Positions 11,014 through 23,426 of a DNA stretch of 64,000 nucleotides are shown here, in pieces (position 1 is the first letter of the stretch; each line of letters starts with the position of its first letter). The notes beneath the pieces were generated by a model. It saw nothing but the letters and a program-made list of their open reading frames with translations, ran no database searches and was not told the DNA's origin. The DNA is taken from positions 135,903 through 199,902 of the forward strand of contig CAWFZC010000021.1 of NCBI GenBank assembly GCA_963820245.1, in the 5' to 3' direction. The position numbers and the translations under genes are program-made. The stretch is from an uncultured Acidobacteriaceae bacterium (GTDB lineage Bacteria; Acidobacteriota; Terriglobia; Terriglobales; Acidobacteriaceae).

Positions 11014-11165
11014 CACGCCAGGTACTTGCACGAAGCGAGCCAAACCAGGCTCATCACTCTATGTTGAATTTAAAGGAGTTATCCAGATCCGCACAGCCCG
11101 CAGCCAGCCCGGGAGTGACCGCTTCCAGCTCCCAACTGTCCGATTTCGGACACTCGCCGGCGCCG

Positions 11166-12284
11166 CTAAACCTTCAGATAATCAATCCGGCCCATCTGCT
11201 CTCTCGACACCGACGCCCTCATCGCCCCCGCCACAATCTCCTGCGACCGCAACCCATCCAGATGATTCACCGGGAACGGCTCCCCGCTCCTGCAGCAGCT
11301 TAGAAACGTCCGCAGTTCGTCCTTATACGCCGCGCCGTACCGATCGATGAACTCCGGCAGGGGCTGGTCGTAGCGCCGCATCGCAAAGGTCTTCAGCGCA
11401 ATCGGTTCCTTCGAATCCCGATTGCCGTACACCTCCACCGTCACCTCCAGCAATTTCTGCCGGAAGCCCCCCACGCGGATCATGCCCTTCTCGCCGTACA
11501 CCACCGTCTCGCCGCGATAGCCCGACACATGGTTGCGCGTCACCTGGATCTGCGCAATCAACTTGTCGCCAAAATCCAGCAGCATCAGCGCGTCGTCGAA
11601 ATCCTCATCGCACGTCGTCAATCGATGACTGAAAACCCGTGACCCAATCGCCAACGCCCGCTCCGGCCTGCGCCCTGAGAACCACACCACCTCGTCGACG
11701 TTATGCACGGCCATGTCCGCGAGAATTCCCGGACTCGCAAAACCATCCGGAGCCGGCCCCGAATCCTCGAGCGCCGAATAAATCTTGTACACGCGCCCGA
11801 TCGCGCCCTCATCAATCAGTTGCTTTGCATAGCGTGTGGGCTCGTCGAATCGCCGCTGAAATCCCAGCATCAACGCCCGCGGATGCTCGCGCTCCAGCGT
11901 CTCGGCAAACGCACGATCGCCCTCCAGCGTTCCCGTTAACGGCTTTTCCAAAAACACCCGCTGCCCGGCTTCGATCATCATCGTCGCGTGCACGCGATGC
12001 AGCGGCGTATTCGTCGCAATCACCGACACATCGCAAACGCCCGCCTTGCTGAAACTCTCCATATCCTCAAACACCGGCGTCCCGCCGCCCGTCATCTTGA
12101 GGAATGCCTCGGCCGCCTTCTTGTCCTGCGTGGCCACAGCCATCAGCCGGCACAGGTTCGTCTCCTGCGCCAATTCGTGAATATGTAGCGCATGAATCAT
12201 CCCCATGCGCCCCAGCCCAGCCACACCCACGCGCAACGGCTCATTAGATTTTGAAATGGATGCTACAGAAGAATCCGCACTCAT
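11166..12284 (-). CDS. Gfo/Idh/MocA family oxidoreductase (inositol 2-dehydrogenase-like)
   Basis: GLGRMG, FLEKP, GFQRRFD and DMAVHNVD motifs. Start placed at ATG 12284 because the upstream extension runs through a REP hairpin. Confidence 0.88.
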   Translation of the reverse strand: MSADSSVASISKSNEPLRVGVAGLGRMGMIHALHIHELAQETNLCRLMAVATQDKKAAEAFLKMTGGGTPVFEDMESFSKAGVCDVSVIATNTPLHRVHATMMIEAGQRVFLEKPLTGTLEGDRAFAETLEREHPRALMLGFQRRFDEPTRYAKQLIDEGAIGRVYKIYSALEDSGPAPDGFASPGILADMAVHNVDEVVWFSGRRPERALAIGSRVFSHRLTTCDEDFDDALMLLDFGDKLIAQIQVTRNHVSGYRGETVVYGEKGMIRVGGFRQKLLEVTVEVYGNRDSKEPIALKTFAMRRYDQPLPEFIDRYGAAYKDELRTFLSCCRSGEPFPVNHLDGLRSQEIVAGAMRASVSREQMGRIDYLKV

Positions 12285-12312
12285 GATGTCTTGCCTCTTG
12301 CAATCTCGCCGA

Positions 12313-12350
12313 GTGCCCCAGGTCTCGTCCGCCGCGGCGGAAGACCAGGG
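12313..12350. repeat. REP-like palindrome, GTGCCCC-headed family A
   Basis: GTGCCCCAGGTCTCGTCCGCCGCGGCGGAAGACCAGGG. Related copies at 16973-17015, 17048-17082, 23364-23394 and 48891-48927, with a half copy at 25921-25936. Confidence 0.75.
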
Positions 12351-12379
12351 AAAGTACAACACTCAATAACCGTGCCTTT

Positions 12380-12447
12380 AGCTGATAGCTGATAACTGAA
12401 AGCTGAAAGCTAGATGCTGTTCGTTAATCCCTGTTCCCTATTCCCTG
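12380..12447. repeat. Heptamer tandem repeats (AGCTGAW)n and (WTCCCTR)n
   Basis: AGCTGAT AGCTGAT AACTGAA AGCTGAA AGCT, then ATCCCTG TTCCCTA TTCCCTG. Confidence 0.8.
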
Positions 12448-12449
12448 CT

Positions 12450-13694
12450 TTACTCCACTTCCTGCTTGGCCTTGTAGCCGTCTCGCGCAATAATGTCGTA
12501 CTTCAGCGGCTTCTTCTTCTGGTCCTGGAACCGCAACGGCTGCCCTTCGTTATCTACCAGTTCCACGCGCAATTTGCGATACGTCCCATCCTGCTTTGCA
12601 TTGCTCGGCCGGTACACCAGCTCGTACTTCGAACGAATTGTCTGGTTGATATTCTGGAAAATATCCGGCATTTCGCCTTCAAACCGCGGGAAGAAGCTCA
12701 TGCCCCCGGTCGCGCCTGAGAAGGTCTTCATCTCGTTATCGGCCTGCAGGTAGTCCATGTCGCGCATCGCGCCGCCCATGCCGCCGCGCCCTTCCGTCAT
12801 CGCGCGCACCATCCCGCCGGTTGAAATCGTAAAGATCGTGATGTCCTGCGATGCCTTCACCGCCTTCAGAATCTTGTCGAACGTCAGCTTCGAGAAAGAG
12901 TCCCGCCCGGTCGCGATCAGGATGATGTACTTCCGCCCTTCAATCCTCTGCAGCCGGTCCAGCCCCTCGTACAGCGCGTCGAACACGTTCGACTCCTGGA
13001 AGCCCGGAATCACCAGCGAATTGATCCCCTGCAGGATCTGGTTCTTGTCCTGGGTAAAGTCCGTGATGATCTGGGTGTGCATGTCGAACGTCATCATCGC
13101 CACGTAATCCTGCGGCCTCAGCTGCTGCGCAAACGACCACGCGGCGTTCTTCATGTCGTAAATAAAGTAGTAGCTGTTGGCGGCAAACTCGCACAGCAGC
13201 AGCGCTGTAATCGGCGCCTCAACCCGCTTGAACCCGATCACCTTCTGTTCCACGCCATCTTCATACACCTTGAAGTTGGCCGGCTGCAGTCCCGGCACAA
13301 ACTGGTGGTTCTTTTCCAGCAGCACGCCCACGTCCACGGTCACTTCCGGCACGTCCAGCCGCAACGACACGTTGCCCAGCCCTTCAGGATTTTTGATCTT
13401 CGGCGCTGCCGGTGCCGGCGGTGGCGGCGGCACGTCCTCCGGCGCTTCCTTCTTCTTTGGAACTGCAATTACGCCGTTATCCCCACCCGGGCCGCCCGAG
13501 TCCGGAATCGGCTGGGTCTGCTGCTGTGCAGGCTGTGTCGTCTGCGTGTTCTGCCCCCACGCCCTCGGCCCAAGCGTCACCGGATTGATCGCCATAACCG
13601 TCACGGAATAAAACAGGACTCCCACCGGAACCTGGCGGGCAAGCGAAACAATTCTGTGCGGCACAACCAATGCGATTCTATGCAGCGTAGACAT
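12450..13694 (-). CDS. VWA domain protein (VWFA-related acidobacterial family)
   Basis: GLQPANFKVYEDGVEQ, RKYIILIATGRD, TGG and C-terminal DGTYRKLRVEL...ARDGY; Pro-rich linker after a signal-like N-terminus. Start is uncertain. Confidence 0.88.
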   Translation of the reverse strand: MSTLHRIALVVPHRIVSLARQVPVGVLFYSVTVMAINPVTLGPRAWGQNTQTTQPAQQQTQPIPDSGGPGGDNGVIAVPKKKEAPEDVPPPPPAPAAPKIKNPEGLGNVSLRLDVPEVTVDVGVLLEKNHQFVPGLQPANFKVYEDGVEQKVIGFKRVEAPITALLLCEFAANSYYFIYDMKNAAWSFAQQLRPQDYVAMMTFDMHTQIITDFTQDKNQILQGINSLVIPGFQESNVFDALYEGLDRLQRIEGRKYIILIATGRDSFSKLTFDKILKAVKASQDITIFTISTGGMVRAMTEGRGGMGGAMRDMDYLQADNEMKTFSGATGGMSFFPRFEGEMPDIFQNINQTIRSKYELVYRPSNAKQDGTYRKLRVELVDNEGQPLRFQDQKKKPLKYDIIARDGYKAKQEVE

Positions 13695-13910
13695 GGCAAC
13701 CTCTGTGTTCAACAGCATACGGGATCAACCTCCAGCAACGACAGCTTCAAAGTGCAGCGCTGTGCCCCATCCTAACCGCGCTCCTTGCGGTTTGGGTGGG
13801 CTCGCTTCAACCCAAAGCACCGGCATCGGAAGAGACTCCACACCCGCAGTAACCGCTGAAAGCTGAGAGCTGAAAGCTGTCTCACCCTCCCCGGCTGTAC
13901 TCTAATAGAC

Positions 13911-15779
13911 GTGGAACTTCCTCTGAAGCAAACCATCCTGCGCTTTGCGGCCGTTCTCCTGACCCCTGCGCTCCTGTTCGCCCCGGCGCAGCTCCGCGCG
14001 CAAACCACCTCCGCGCCCACCCAACTTGAATCCGGCCCGCCACCCTCCACCGGTGGCATCTTTCCCCTCAGCCAGGTCCACGCCGGCCTCTCCGCCACCG
14101 CATGGACTGTCTTTTCCGGCAGCAAGCCCGAAGCCATGGACGTTGAAATCCTGGGCGTCTTGCGCGGTGCGCGCGGACCCAGCCAGGACATGATCCTCGC
14201 CCGCCTCCACGGTCCCCATCCCGAGTACACCGGAGTCGTCGCCGGCATGAGCGGCAGCCCCGTCTACATCGGCAACAAGTTGCTCGGCGCGCTTGCCTAC
14301 CGCATCGGCCAGTTCTCCAAGGAACCCATCGCCGGCATCACCCCCATTGAGCAGATGCTCGACGTCCGCGACCTGCCCGCCGCCAATGCCGACGGCCCAA
14401 CTCTCCAAGCCGGCCTCGCCGCGCTCAACAATCAGTCCCCCACCGCAGCGACCCCGTCCGCACACGAATTCCAGATGATGGAAACACCCCTCGTCATGAG
14501 CGGATTCCGCCCTGAAGCCGTCCAGTTCTGGCAGCAGCAGATGACGGGAACCAACCTGGCCACCATCGCAGCCGGTGGCGTGGGCGGCTCTTCCAACTCC
14601 AGCCCGGAACCTTCCGCCAAGGCCGCTGCAGCCATGCTCCCCGGCTCTGCCGTTAGCCTGCTTCTCGTCCAGGGCGATCTTGAAGTGGCCGCCACCTGCA
14701 CCGTCACCTATATCGATCCCAAACGGCTCTTGGCATGCGGCCATCCCATCCTCCAGTCAGGAACCATCTCCGTTCCCATGACCACAGCGGATGTCGTCGC
14801 CACTCTCGCCTCCCCGCTCGACTCCTTCAAAATCATCAATACCGGCGCCACCATTGGCGCATTCACTCAGGATCGCGCCGCGGCCATTGGTGGTGTCCTC
14901 GGCCTCCGCGCTCACATGATCCCGCTGCACATCACCATCGATGCGCCTACCGGCAAGCGCGAAGTCAATGTCTCCATCATCGACCTGCCTTCGCTCACCC
15001 CTCAAGCCATGGAAGTCGTCCTCTACAACTCCCTCATCCAGGCCAACGACGCCACCGCCGAGGCCAGCTATCACCTCCAGGGCAGCATCGATCTCGACGG
15101 CTTTGCGCCCTCGCCCATTGACGTTTGGTCCACGCCCGGCGATGGCTTGCCCGCGCCCATGCAAGCCGCCCTGCTCTCCGGCCTTCACTTCCAGAGCCTT
15201 TACGCCAACGGCGCTCGCCAAACCACCGTCCGCTCCATCGAAATCCACGTCCAGGTCGTTCCCCGCCGCATGCAGGTCTCCCTTGAAGCCGCCCGGATCA
15301 TCTCCGGAGACTCGCCCCGCGCCGGCGACACCGTCCTGATTGAGGCCACCCTCCGCCCCTGGCAGCAGCCCGTCCGCAATATCCGCATTCCCGTCACGCT
15401 GCCCACCCGGCTCGCCCCCGGCAACCTGCGCCTGCTGGTCTCGGATGCAGGGACGTTGGACCACGCGCTGGATCCGCCCCATCCCCCCAACCACCCGCCC
15501 GATCTGGCTCAGGTCCTCGCCCAGGACAGCCGCCTCCACTCCGCCGACCGCCTCTATGTCAGCCTCCTTGTCCCCGAAACCCAGGCCGGCGTTGACGGGC
15601 AAACCCTTGCGAGTCTTCCACTTTCCGTCGCCAACGCCCTTGAACCCATGCGCTCTGCCCAGCAGGCCGGCCTCAACGGCGAATCCGCACTCGTCCAGGC
15701 CGACGCACCCGCAGGAGGCGTGCTAACCGGGTTTCAGGTCATCAACTTGCACATTGATCCCGGAGGCGGGTTACACTAA
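13911..15779 (+). CDS. SpoIVB-like peptidase S55 domain protein
   Basis: Signal peptide; VAGMSGSPVY catalytic-Ser motif, GITPIEQML, LACGHP. Confidence 0.88.
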   Translation: MELPLKQTILRFAAVLLTPALLFAPAQLRAQTTSAPTQLESGPPPSTGGIFPLSQVHAGLSATAWTVFSGSKPEAMDVEILGVLRGARGPSQDMILARLHGPHPEYTGVVAGMSGSPVYIGNKLLGALAYRIGQFSKEPIAGITPIEQMLDVRDLPAANADGPTLQAGLAALNNQSPTAATPSAHEFQMMETPLVMSGFRPEAVQFWQQQMTGTNLATIAAGGVGGSSNSSPEPSAKAAAAMLPGSAVSLLLVQGDLEVAATCTVTYIDPKRLLACGHPILQSGTISVPMTTADVVATLASPLDSFKIINTGATIGAFTQDRAAAIGGVLGLRAHMIPLHITIDAPTGKREVNVSIIDLPSLTPQAMEVVLYNSLIQANDATAEASYHLQGSIDLDGFAPSPIDVWSTPGDGLPAPMQAALLSGLHFQSLYANGARQTTVRSIEIHVQVVPRRMQVSLEAARIISGDSPRAGDTVLIEATLRPWQQPVRNIRIPVTLPTRLAPGNLRLLVSDAGTLDHALDPPHPPNHPPDLAQVLAQDSRLHSADRLYVSLLVPETQAGVDGQTLASLPLSVANALEPMRSAQQAGLNGESALVQADAPAGGVLTGFQVINLHIDPGGGLH

Positions 15780-15878
15780 AGAGAGAAATCATTTTGTTGT
15801 TCGATTGGCACTTCCGGCGCCTTGGTTAAGAAAGCCGGCACATATTTGACAACCTCCAGTGAGGCATTCAGAGAGGCT

Positions 15879-16886
15879 ATGGCTCAAATTCAGGGTTTGG
15901 CAGCACATGCGGCTGGGGCGGAGCTCCTTCCGTACCATTACGACCCAGGTAAGCTCGGGTCCCAGGAAGTTGAAATCTCCGTCACTCACTGCGGCATCTG
16001 CCACAGCGATATTCATCTCATCTCCAACGACTGGGGTATCAGCAATTATCCCTTCATTCCGGGCCACGAAGTCGTCGGTTCCATCGCCGCCATCGGCAAT
16101 GAAGTGCGCGGCCTCCAGGTAGGACAGCGCGTCGGCCTCGGATGGCAGTCCAACTCCTGCGGTATCTGCGAGTGGTGCATGCGCGGCATGGAGAATCTCT
16201 GCCCTGAAGCCGAAGGCACCTGCGTTCACCGCAATGGCGGCTATGCCGATCGCGTGCGCGCGAACGCCCGCTTCGTCATTCCCCTGCCTGAGACGCTCTC
16301 CAGCGAACAGGCCGCACCCCTGCTCTGCGGCGGAATCACTGTCTACAATCCCCTCCGCACCCACAACATCAATCCCGCCTCCCGCGTCGGCGTCGTTGGC
16401 ATCGGCGGCCTCGGCCACATGGCCATCCAGTTCGCACGCGTCTTCGGCGCTGAGGTCACTGCCTTCTCCACCTCCGCCGGCAAGGAGAAGGAAGCCCGCG
16501 CCTTCGGCGCTCATCACTTCATCAATAGCCGTGAGTCCAAGGCCATGAAGGAAGTGGCCAACTCGCTCGACTTCATCATCACCACCGTCAACGCCGACCA
16601 GGAATGGGGAACCTACCTTCAGGCCCTGCGCCCGCTGGGAACTCTCTGCTTTGTCGGCGTGCCTCCCTCGCCGGTCTGCGTACACGCTTTCCCGCTCATC
16701 TCCGGCCAGCGCACCATCAGCGGCAACCCCACGGGCAGCCCCTTCCGCCTGCGCGAGATGCTCGACGTAGCCGCCCGCCACGGCGTCAAGGCAGCCACCG
16801 AGCCCTTCCCCATGGCCAAGGCCAACGAAGCCATCGAGAAAGTCAAAAAGGGCAAAGTCCGCTACCGCGCCGTCCTCACCAACTAA
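15879..16886 (+). CDS. Zn-dependent NAD(P) alcohol dehydrogenase (CAD/Ahr-like)
   Basis: CGICHSD, GHEVVG, CxxCxxC..C structural Zn site, GIGGLG, KVRYRAVL. Confidence 0.93.
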   Translation: MAQIQGLAAHAAGAELLPYHYDPGKLGSQEVEISVTHCGICHSDIHLISNDWGISNYPFIPGHEVVGSIAAIGNEVRGLQVGQRVGLGWQSNSCGICEWCMRGMENLCPEAEGTCVHRNGGYADRVRANARFVIPLPETLSSEQAAPLLCGGITVYNPLRTHNINPASRVGVVGIGGLGHMAIQFARVFGAEVTAFSTSAGKEKEARAFGAHHFINSRESKAMKEVANSLDFIITTVNADQEWGTYLQALRPLGTLCFVGVPPSPVCVHAFPLISGQRTISGNPTGSPFRLREMLDVAARHGVKAATEPFPMAKANEAIEKVKKGKVRYRAVLTN

Positions 16887-16911
16887 CAACCCAATCTCCT
16901 CTGCAACAAGA

Positions 16912-16942
16912 AGGGCGCGCCCCGTGCGCGCCCTCTTTATTG
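16912..16942 (+). terminator. Rho-independent terminator after the ADH gene
   Basis: AGGGCGCGC/GCGCGCCCT stem followed by CTTTATTG. Confidence 0.65.
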
Positions 16943-16972
16943 TTTTGAAAACCCTTTCCCACCACACACTGT

Positions 16973-17082
16973 GGGTGCCCCAGGTGCCTCGTCCGCCGCA
17001 GCGGAGTCACCTGGGATTGAATACAGCCCACCCGAAAGCTAGAAGCCGGGTGCCCCCGGTCCCTCGTTTTCGGGGACCGGGG
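16973..17082. repeat. Two REP-like palindromes, family A
   Basis: GGGTGCCCCAGGTG...CACCTGGG and GGGTGCCCCCGGTCCC...GGGACCGGGG. Confidence 0.75.
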
Positions 17083-17104
17083 AATGAAAGCCTCCCACTC
17101 CGTC

Positions 17105-17449
17105 TTAGCGACCTTCCAGGTGGCTCATCGCCGCGTCGTACCCTCGCCGGAAGCCCTCGCGATAATCATCGCGTGCGCTCTCGTCTACGTGCGGGTGGCG
17201 ATACTCGTCGCGGTCCTGCACGTTGGGCGCACGATGGTGGTCAAAGTCCTTGCGCGCGCCTTCCACTCCATCGTGAAAGCCTTTTCGCTGAATCTCGCTG
17301 AACTCGTGCGGAGGAAGGTCCCATCGCTGCTGCTCCACCACCACGCCATGCTCCTGCGCAGGCGCAGCGTAAGTCTTGGGACCCACGATTAAACACGTAG
17401 CCGAAATAGAAAGAGCAAGAAGAGAGCTCAAAACCCATTTTTCTTTCAT
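17105..17449 (-). CDS. Small secreted hypothetical protein
   Basis: 114 aa with a signal peptide, RBS AGGAGG, and repeated GFxDG/YREGFRRGY motifs. Confidence 0.8.
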   Translation of the reverse strand: MKEKWVLSSLLALSISATCLIVGPKTYAAPAQEHGVVVEQQRWDLPPHEFSEIQRKGFHDGVEGARKDFDHHRAPNVQDRDEYRHPHVDESARDDYREGFRRGYDAAMSHLEGR

Positions 17450-18014
17450 CGCGTTTTACCTCCTGGTGAGTTCGAATATCCAACTTTGAATATTGCTCGA
17501 ATATCCAACTCTCGCGATAAAGATGAGTCAAAGCCTCCTCGTGTTGCCTCCCGGCAGGCGATTCCGTTCACGCGTCGTGGGCTCAGCCACGCAATCGATT
17601 CCCGGGTACGGCCTTTCTCTGTCCCTTGAGCACTGATTCCTGCTTTCTCGACCTCAAAATCGCCCTGGGAGTCCGCTAAATCCATGCGTTTAAACCTCGA
17701 AAATGCGCATTTAGCATTTTTTCGGTGAATTTAGATTGAAGGGGTTCAATTAAATGGAAAATTACTGGGTTTTGAAAAGCTTATTTCACTGAATTTCTGG
17801 GTCTGGTATCTCGAAAATCGTAACCATTTGATTGAAGTATTTCGCATCCGTTTCGTACCCATCTGTTTAAACATTTCAAGCTGTCTGGGTCGTATAAATC
17901 TGAACATTTTGAAGCCTTTCCCGCATAATTAGGCCCCTAAAAAAATTCCGCCCACGCGCAAAAAAGAAAAACTGAAAGCTGTTCCCTGTTCCCTAATCCC
18001 TGTTCCCTGCCTTC

Positions 18015-18045
18015 TTGACAATCTCTCAGATTAGATAGAGTCTAG
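18015..18045 (+). promoter_or_regulatory. Putative fur-katG promoter with Fur/PerR-type operator
   Basis: TTGACA at 18015-18020 and an imperfect inverted repeat TTAGA-N5-TCTAG at 18031-18045, just before the GTG start. The -10 spacing is not canonical. Confidence 0.5.
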
Positions 18046-18050
18046 ATTCC

Positions 18051-18485
18051 GTGGATGCCGGCGAAATCAAGCGGTCTTTGGAAGCAAGCGGCCTGCGCTG
18101 CACTCCGCAGCGCTATGGTGTCATGGCATTCCTTATGGAGCACGCCGGGCATCCCACCGCCGCGGAAATCTTTGAGGGCGTCAATCGTCTCGATCCGCGA
18201 TCCTCGCGGGCCACAACCTATAACAATCTGCGCGACCTGGTGCAGGCGGGCCTTGTACGCGAAGTCGCAGTAGAAGGTCGCGCTGCGCGCTTCGATGCTC
18301 GGGGCCTGCGCCATCACCACTTCATCTGCGACCGCTGCGGTAAAGTTGAGGACGTGGAATGGTTCAAAGTTCCCCGCCCCGCCACCGGCTCTCTCGGCAA
18401 ACGTATCGTTCGCGAATGTGAATTGATTCTCCGCGGCCTCTGCGCCAGATGCGCTCCACGCCGTGTCACCACTTCAGCTTCTTAG
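18051..18485 (+). CDS. fur: Fur family transcriptional regulator (PerR/FurA-like)
   Basis: TPQR, HPTAAEI, ATTYNNL, HHHFICDRCG and C-terminal CxxC; directly upstream of katG. Confidence 0.92.
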   Translation: MDAGEIKRSLEASGLRCTPQRYGVMAFLMEHAGHPTAAEIFEGVNRLDPRSSRATTYNNLRDLVQAGLVREVAVEGRAARFDARGLRHHHFICDRCGKVEDVEWFKVPRPATGSLGKRIVRECELILRGLCARCAPRRVTTSAS

Positions 18486-20762
<2,277 letters not shown>

Positions 20763-20811
20763 GCTGGGCGGGTCCGTTGACTGGACCGGAAAACTGAAGT
20801 AGTTCAACTCT

Positions 20812-20851
20812 GATCGCGCGGGCCGGACTCCGGCTCGCGCGATCTTTTTTT
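20812..20851 (+). terminator. Rho-independent terminator of katG
   Basis: 15-bp stem GATCGCGCGGGCCGG/CCGGCTCGCGCGATC followed by T7. Confidence 0.85.
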
Positions 20852-21147
20852 GCGGTCTCAGATTCAGGTCATGAACGGACGAAATTTCCGTGCGCAATTT
20901 GCGCGCACAAAGTTTTCCAGCGGCTGTGGGCTGCTGATTTGCACGCGCAATGACCCGTGAGACGCGACGATTTGGCCGGTGCGCGTGCGGGATCTTGAAT
21001 TCTCGTATCCCGCTCGACGGTTTTGAACTTAAATGAGGCGTACCACACGACAATCGATGCGCTAAAGGTGCACTTTTGGTCGTTTTTTGCGCGTTTTTGA
21101 CGCGTTTTAGCAGGTTTTGTACAGGATTAAAACTTGGGTCCATAAAG

Positions 21148-21239
21148 CAGGGGTCAGGGACTAGGGATTAGAAAAGCTCGAGGGAAAGTTGGTTCTTTCC
21201 CACTCATCCCGGCAAAGATCGCCGGGATGAATGGGGCAC
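21148..21239. repeat. Composite repeat: heptamers plus REP-like palindrome, family B
   Basis: The 46 bp at 21194-21239 are identical to 42423-42468; a diverged copy lies at ~27492-27534. All three are preceded by ...GGATTAGAAAA. Confidence 0.88.
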
Positions 21240-21296
21240 TCGGTGAACCCGCAAATGCGGACCTCGGCATTTGGGCACCCCGCTCTTCGCTTATCG

Positions 21297-22178
21297 TCAG
21301 AGTGTCGGAGCGGGCGGTGCATTCTTGAGTTGCTGTTGTTTCAGTTTGTCGGCCGCTGAGGCCGCGGCGCCCTCGGCGTACCGCGCGGTCGCAATAAAGT
21401 CGCGCAAGTCCTCGGCGTGGTCGATCATGATCACGGTCGAAGTGCTGAGCAGTTGGTTCGGATTTTGCTTGGGATCAACCAGGGTCGTAATGGTGATGGC
21501 ATCCTTGCACATATTCACTAACCGCGGAATCTGCGTGTTGATGGATTGACCAGGCGTGGAAGGGAGCATGACGTCGGCGGGCTGGCCGGCACTCGCTTCC
21601 GCGCCCGCAGTAGGCTGATTGAAGCTTGTGCAGATGTAGCTCATAGGCATGGGCACGGGCTGGCCCTCTTCATTGAATTCCCAGGCCATGTTGTCGAACG
21701 AGAGCGGTGGTTTCATCTCCTGCCCATATTTTTGGCGCAGGGCGGCCACCAGGTTCGCACGCGCTGTCGGCGGAATCATGAACGAGGTCCGCGAAATCTG
21801 CACCACGACCTGAGGATTGGGCGGAGCGTTGAAAAAAACGGTGATGTCATCGACACTGTTGCCCTGGTTGAGGCCGGTACCCGGCCGGCTCGCCGAGACG
21901 CGCGAAATCCAGGGCGGGACTGAAGAATTGGAGAATCTCGCGTAGAACACTTTGACGTGATCCACCGGCCACTTGCTTTTGACGACGGCGACTGCCTGCT
22001 GAACCGGCATCCCGATGTTGATTCCCATCACGTCAGGAAGTTTGGAGAAGTTGAGGCCGCCGGGAGGAGCCGGAGGCACTTGCACAGTTTGCGCGGAAAC
22101 CCACGCGCCCGAAAAACTTCCCGCTGCGAGCAGGATCGCCATCGCCATGTGCTTCGACCGAACGAAAGAAGTTTGCAT
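21297..22178 (-). CDS. Secreted hypothetical protein (paralog B)
   Basis: RBS GGAGG before ATG 22178; signal peptide; similar to the adjacent ORF at both termini. Confidence 0.8.
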   Translation of the reverse strand: MQTSFVRSKHMAMAILLAAGSFSGAWVSAQTVQVPPAPPGGLNFSKLPDVMGINIGMPVQQAVAVVKSKWPVDHVKVFYARFSNSSVPPWISRVSASRPGTGLNQGNSVDDITVFFNAPPNPQVVVQISRTSFMIPPTARANLVAALRQKYGQEMKPPLSFDNMAWEFNEEGQPVPMPMSYICTSFNQPTAGAEASAGQPADVMLPSTPGQSINTQIPRLVNMCKDAITITTLVDPKQNPNQLLSTSTVIMIDHAEDLRDFIATARYAEGAAASAADKLKQQQLKNAPPAPTL

Positions 22179-22240
22179 TCCTTGCAGCCTCCCATTTCTC
22201 AAAGCGTTTTCGTAAAGCATCAACTTGGCACGCAGGAAAA

Positions 22241-23137
22241 TCAGAGGGGCCCGACGTTCTTTTGTGTGTCCTTTTGGATATTCTTCTGGGCCGCGGCGTT
22301 CACCTGTTCAATGTGCATCTCGCCTGCCAGCGCGTCGCGCATATCTTCGGCGGTGTCGGTGATGCGCACGGTCAGAGTGAGCGCGAGGGGGCTGCCCGTC
22401 TGTGCCCCGATTGTTGCCTTCACATACACGCCCAGGCTGTGGCAGCGCAATGTCATCCATTGCGTGAGTTCCAGCGGCTTGAGCGGCAGCAGATTGGCCG
22501 TATACGCCCGAATGTAGGCTTTCGGCGCCAGCAGCGTCGCGCCGCAATCCAGGACCTTGACCGGAGGAGCCGGCACCAGCGGCCCTCCTTCTTCATTCGT
22601 AACCCAGTAGTAGGTATTAGGCGTGTTCGCCAGAATCGGATTCGGCCCATACTTCAGCAGCAGTGCGCTCTTGATGGAGTCCACAGTCGGATAGTTGCTC
22701 ATTGAGAAATTCAGGTCACGCTCCATCCCCACCACGACCCCTTTGTTCGGCGGTCCACTGAAGGTAACGGTAAGGTCGTCTTCGCAGGACGAATTGTGAG
22801 GGGTGCACGGATTGATGCTCGCGGCCACATAGCCGAGCCATCTGGGGTCGGGAGCGTCGGAGTACATCGCTGGCACGGGATTGATGCGCCCCTGAACTCC
22901 CCCTGCGCTTGAGTAGAGCGCCTTGATCTTCGTGAGCGCGGCGTCCGGCGTCATCCCCAGGTGAATGCCCTGGATGTCTGGCAATTGGTCAGGGTTGATA
23001 CCGCCCGCCGGGGCAGGGGGAATCTGGATTGACGTTGTGACCTGGTTTGCGACGGGGGTTGGTTGCGCGGCTGCCGAGCCAGTGAACCAGCTTGCCGCGA
23101 CTAGAATGGCGGCGCCTGGAAGCAGAATGGTTCTCAC
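22241..23137 (-). CDS. Secreted hypothetical protein (paralog A)
   Basis: Likely start GTG 23137; signal peptide ending AAA-Q; motif PPAPAGGINPDQLPDIQGIHLGM. Confidence 0.8.
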   Translation of the reverse strand: MRTILLPGAAILVAASWFTGSAAAQPTPVANQVTTSIQIPPAPAGGINPDQLPDIQGIHLGMTPDAALTKIKALYSSAGGVQGRINPVPAMYSDAPDPRWLGYVAASINPCTPHNSSCEDDLTVTFSGPPNKGVVVGMERDLNFSMSNYPTVDSIKSALLLKYGPNPILANTPNTYYWVTNEEGGPLVPAPPVKVLDCGATLLAPKAYIRAYTANLLPLKPLELTQWMTLRCHSLGVYVKATIGAQTGSPLALTLTVRITDTAEDMRDALAGEMHIEQVNAAAQKNIQKDTQKNVGPL

Positions 23138-23426
23138 TCCGTGACCTCGCTTCTTTGTGGATCTTCCAAAAGGGATGCTGGGACGACGGCCGGGGCCCTG
23201 GTGACACGGGTTAGGGCGGGCCAGGAAGAATAAGCGCAAAGTTGATGCCGGAATGATGGCGCGAATTTGTCAATACTAATGGAGCAAAATCTACTTATCA
23301 AGCAGAATCCGGCGATTGAGCGCGGGAATCGTCTGTGCGCGTGCTTGCTGTCATCACCGGCCCTCCGCCACGGCGGACGAGGGACCGGGGGCACTCGCAT
23401 TGTGCTTAGAGACCGGGGCCGCCCGC

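Noticed and set aside
17686-17970. oriC in the AT-rich gap before fur
   Set aside because: No recognisable DnaA-box cluster and no dnaA/dnaN nearby; kept only as one hypothesis under the skew finding.
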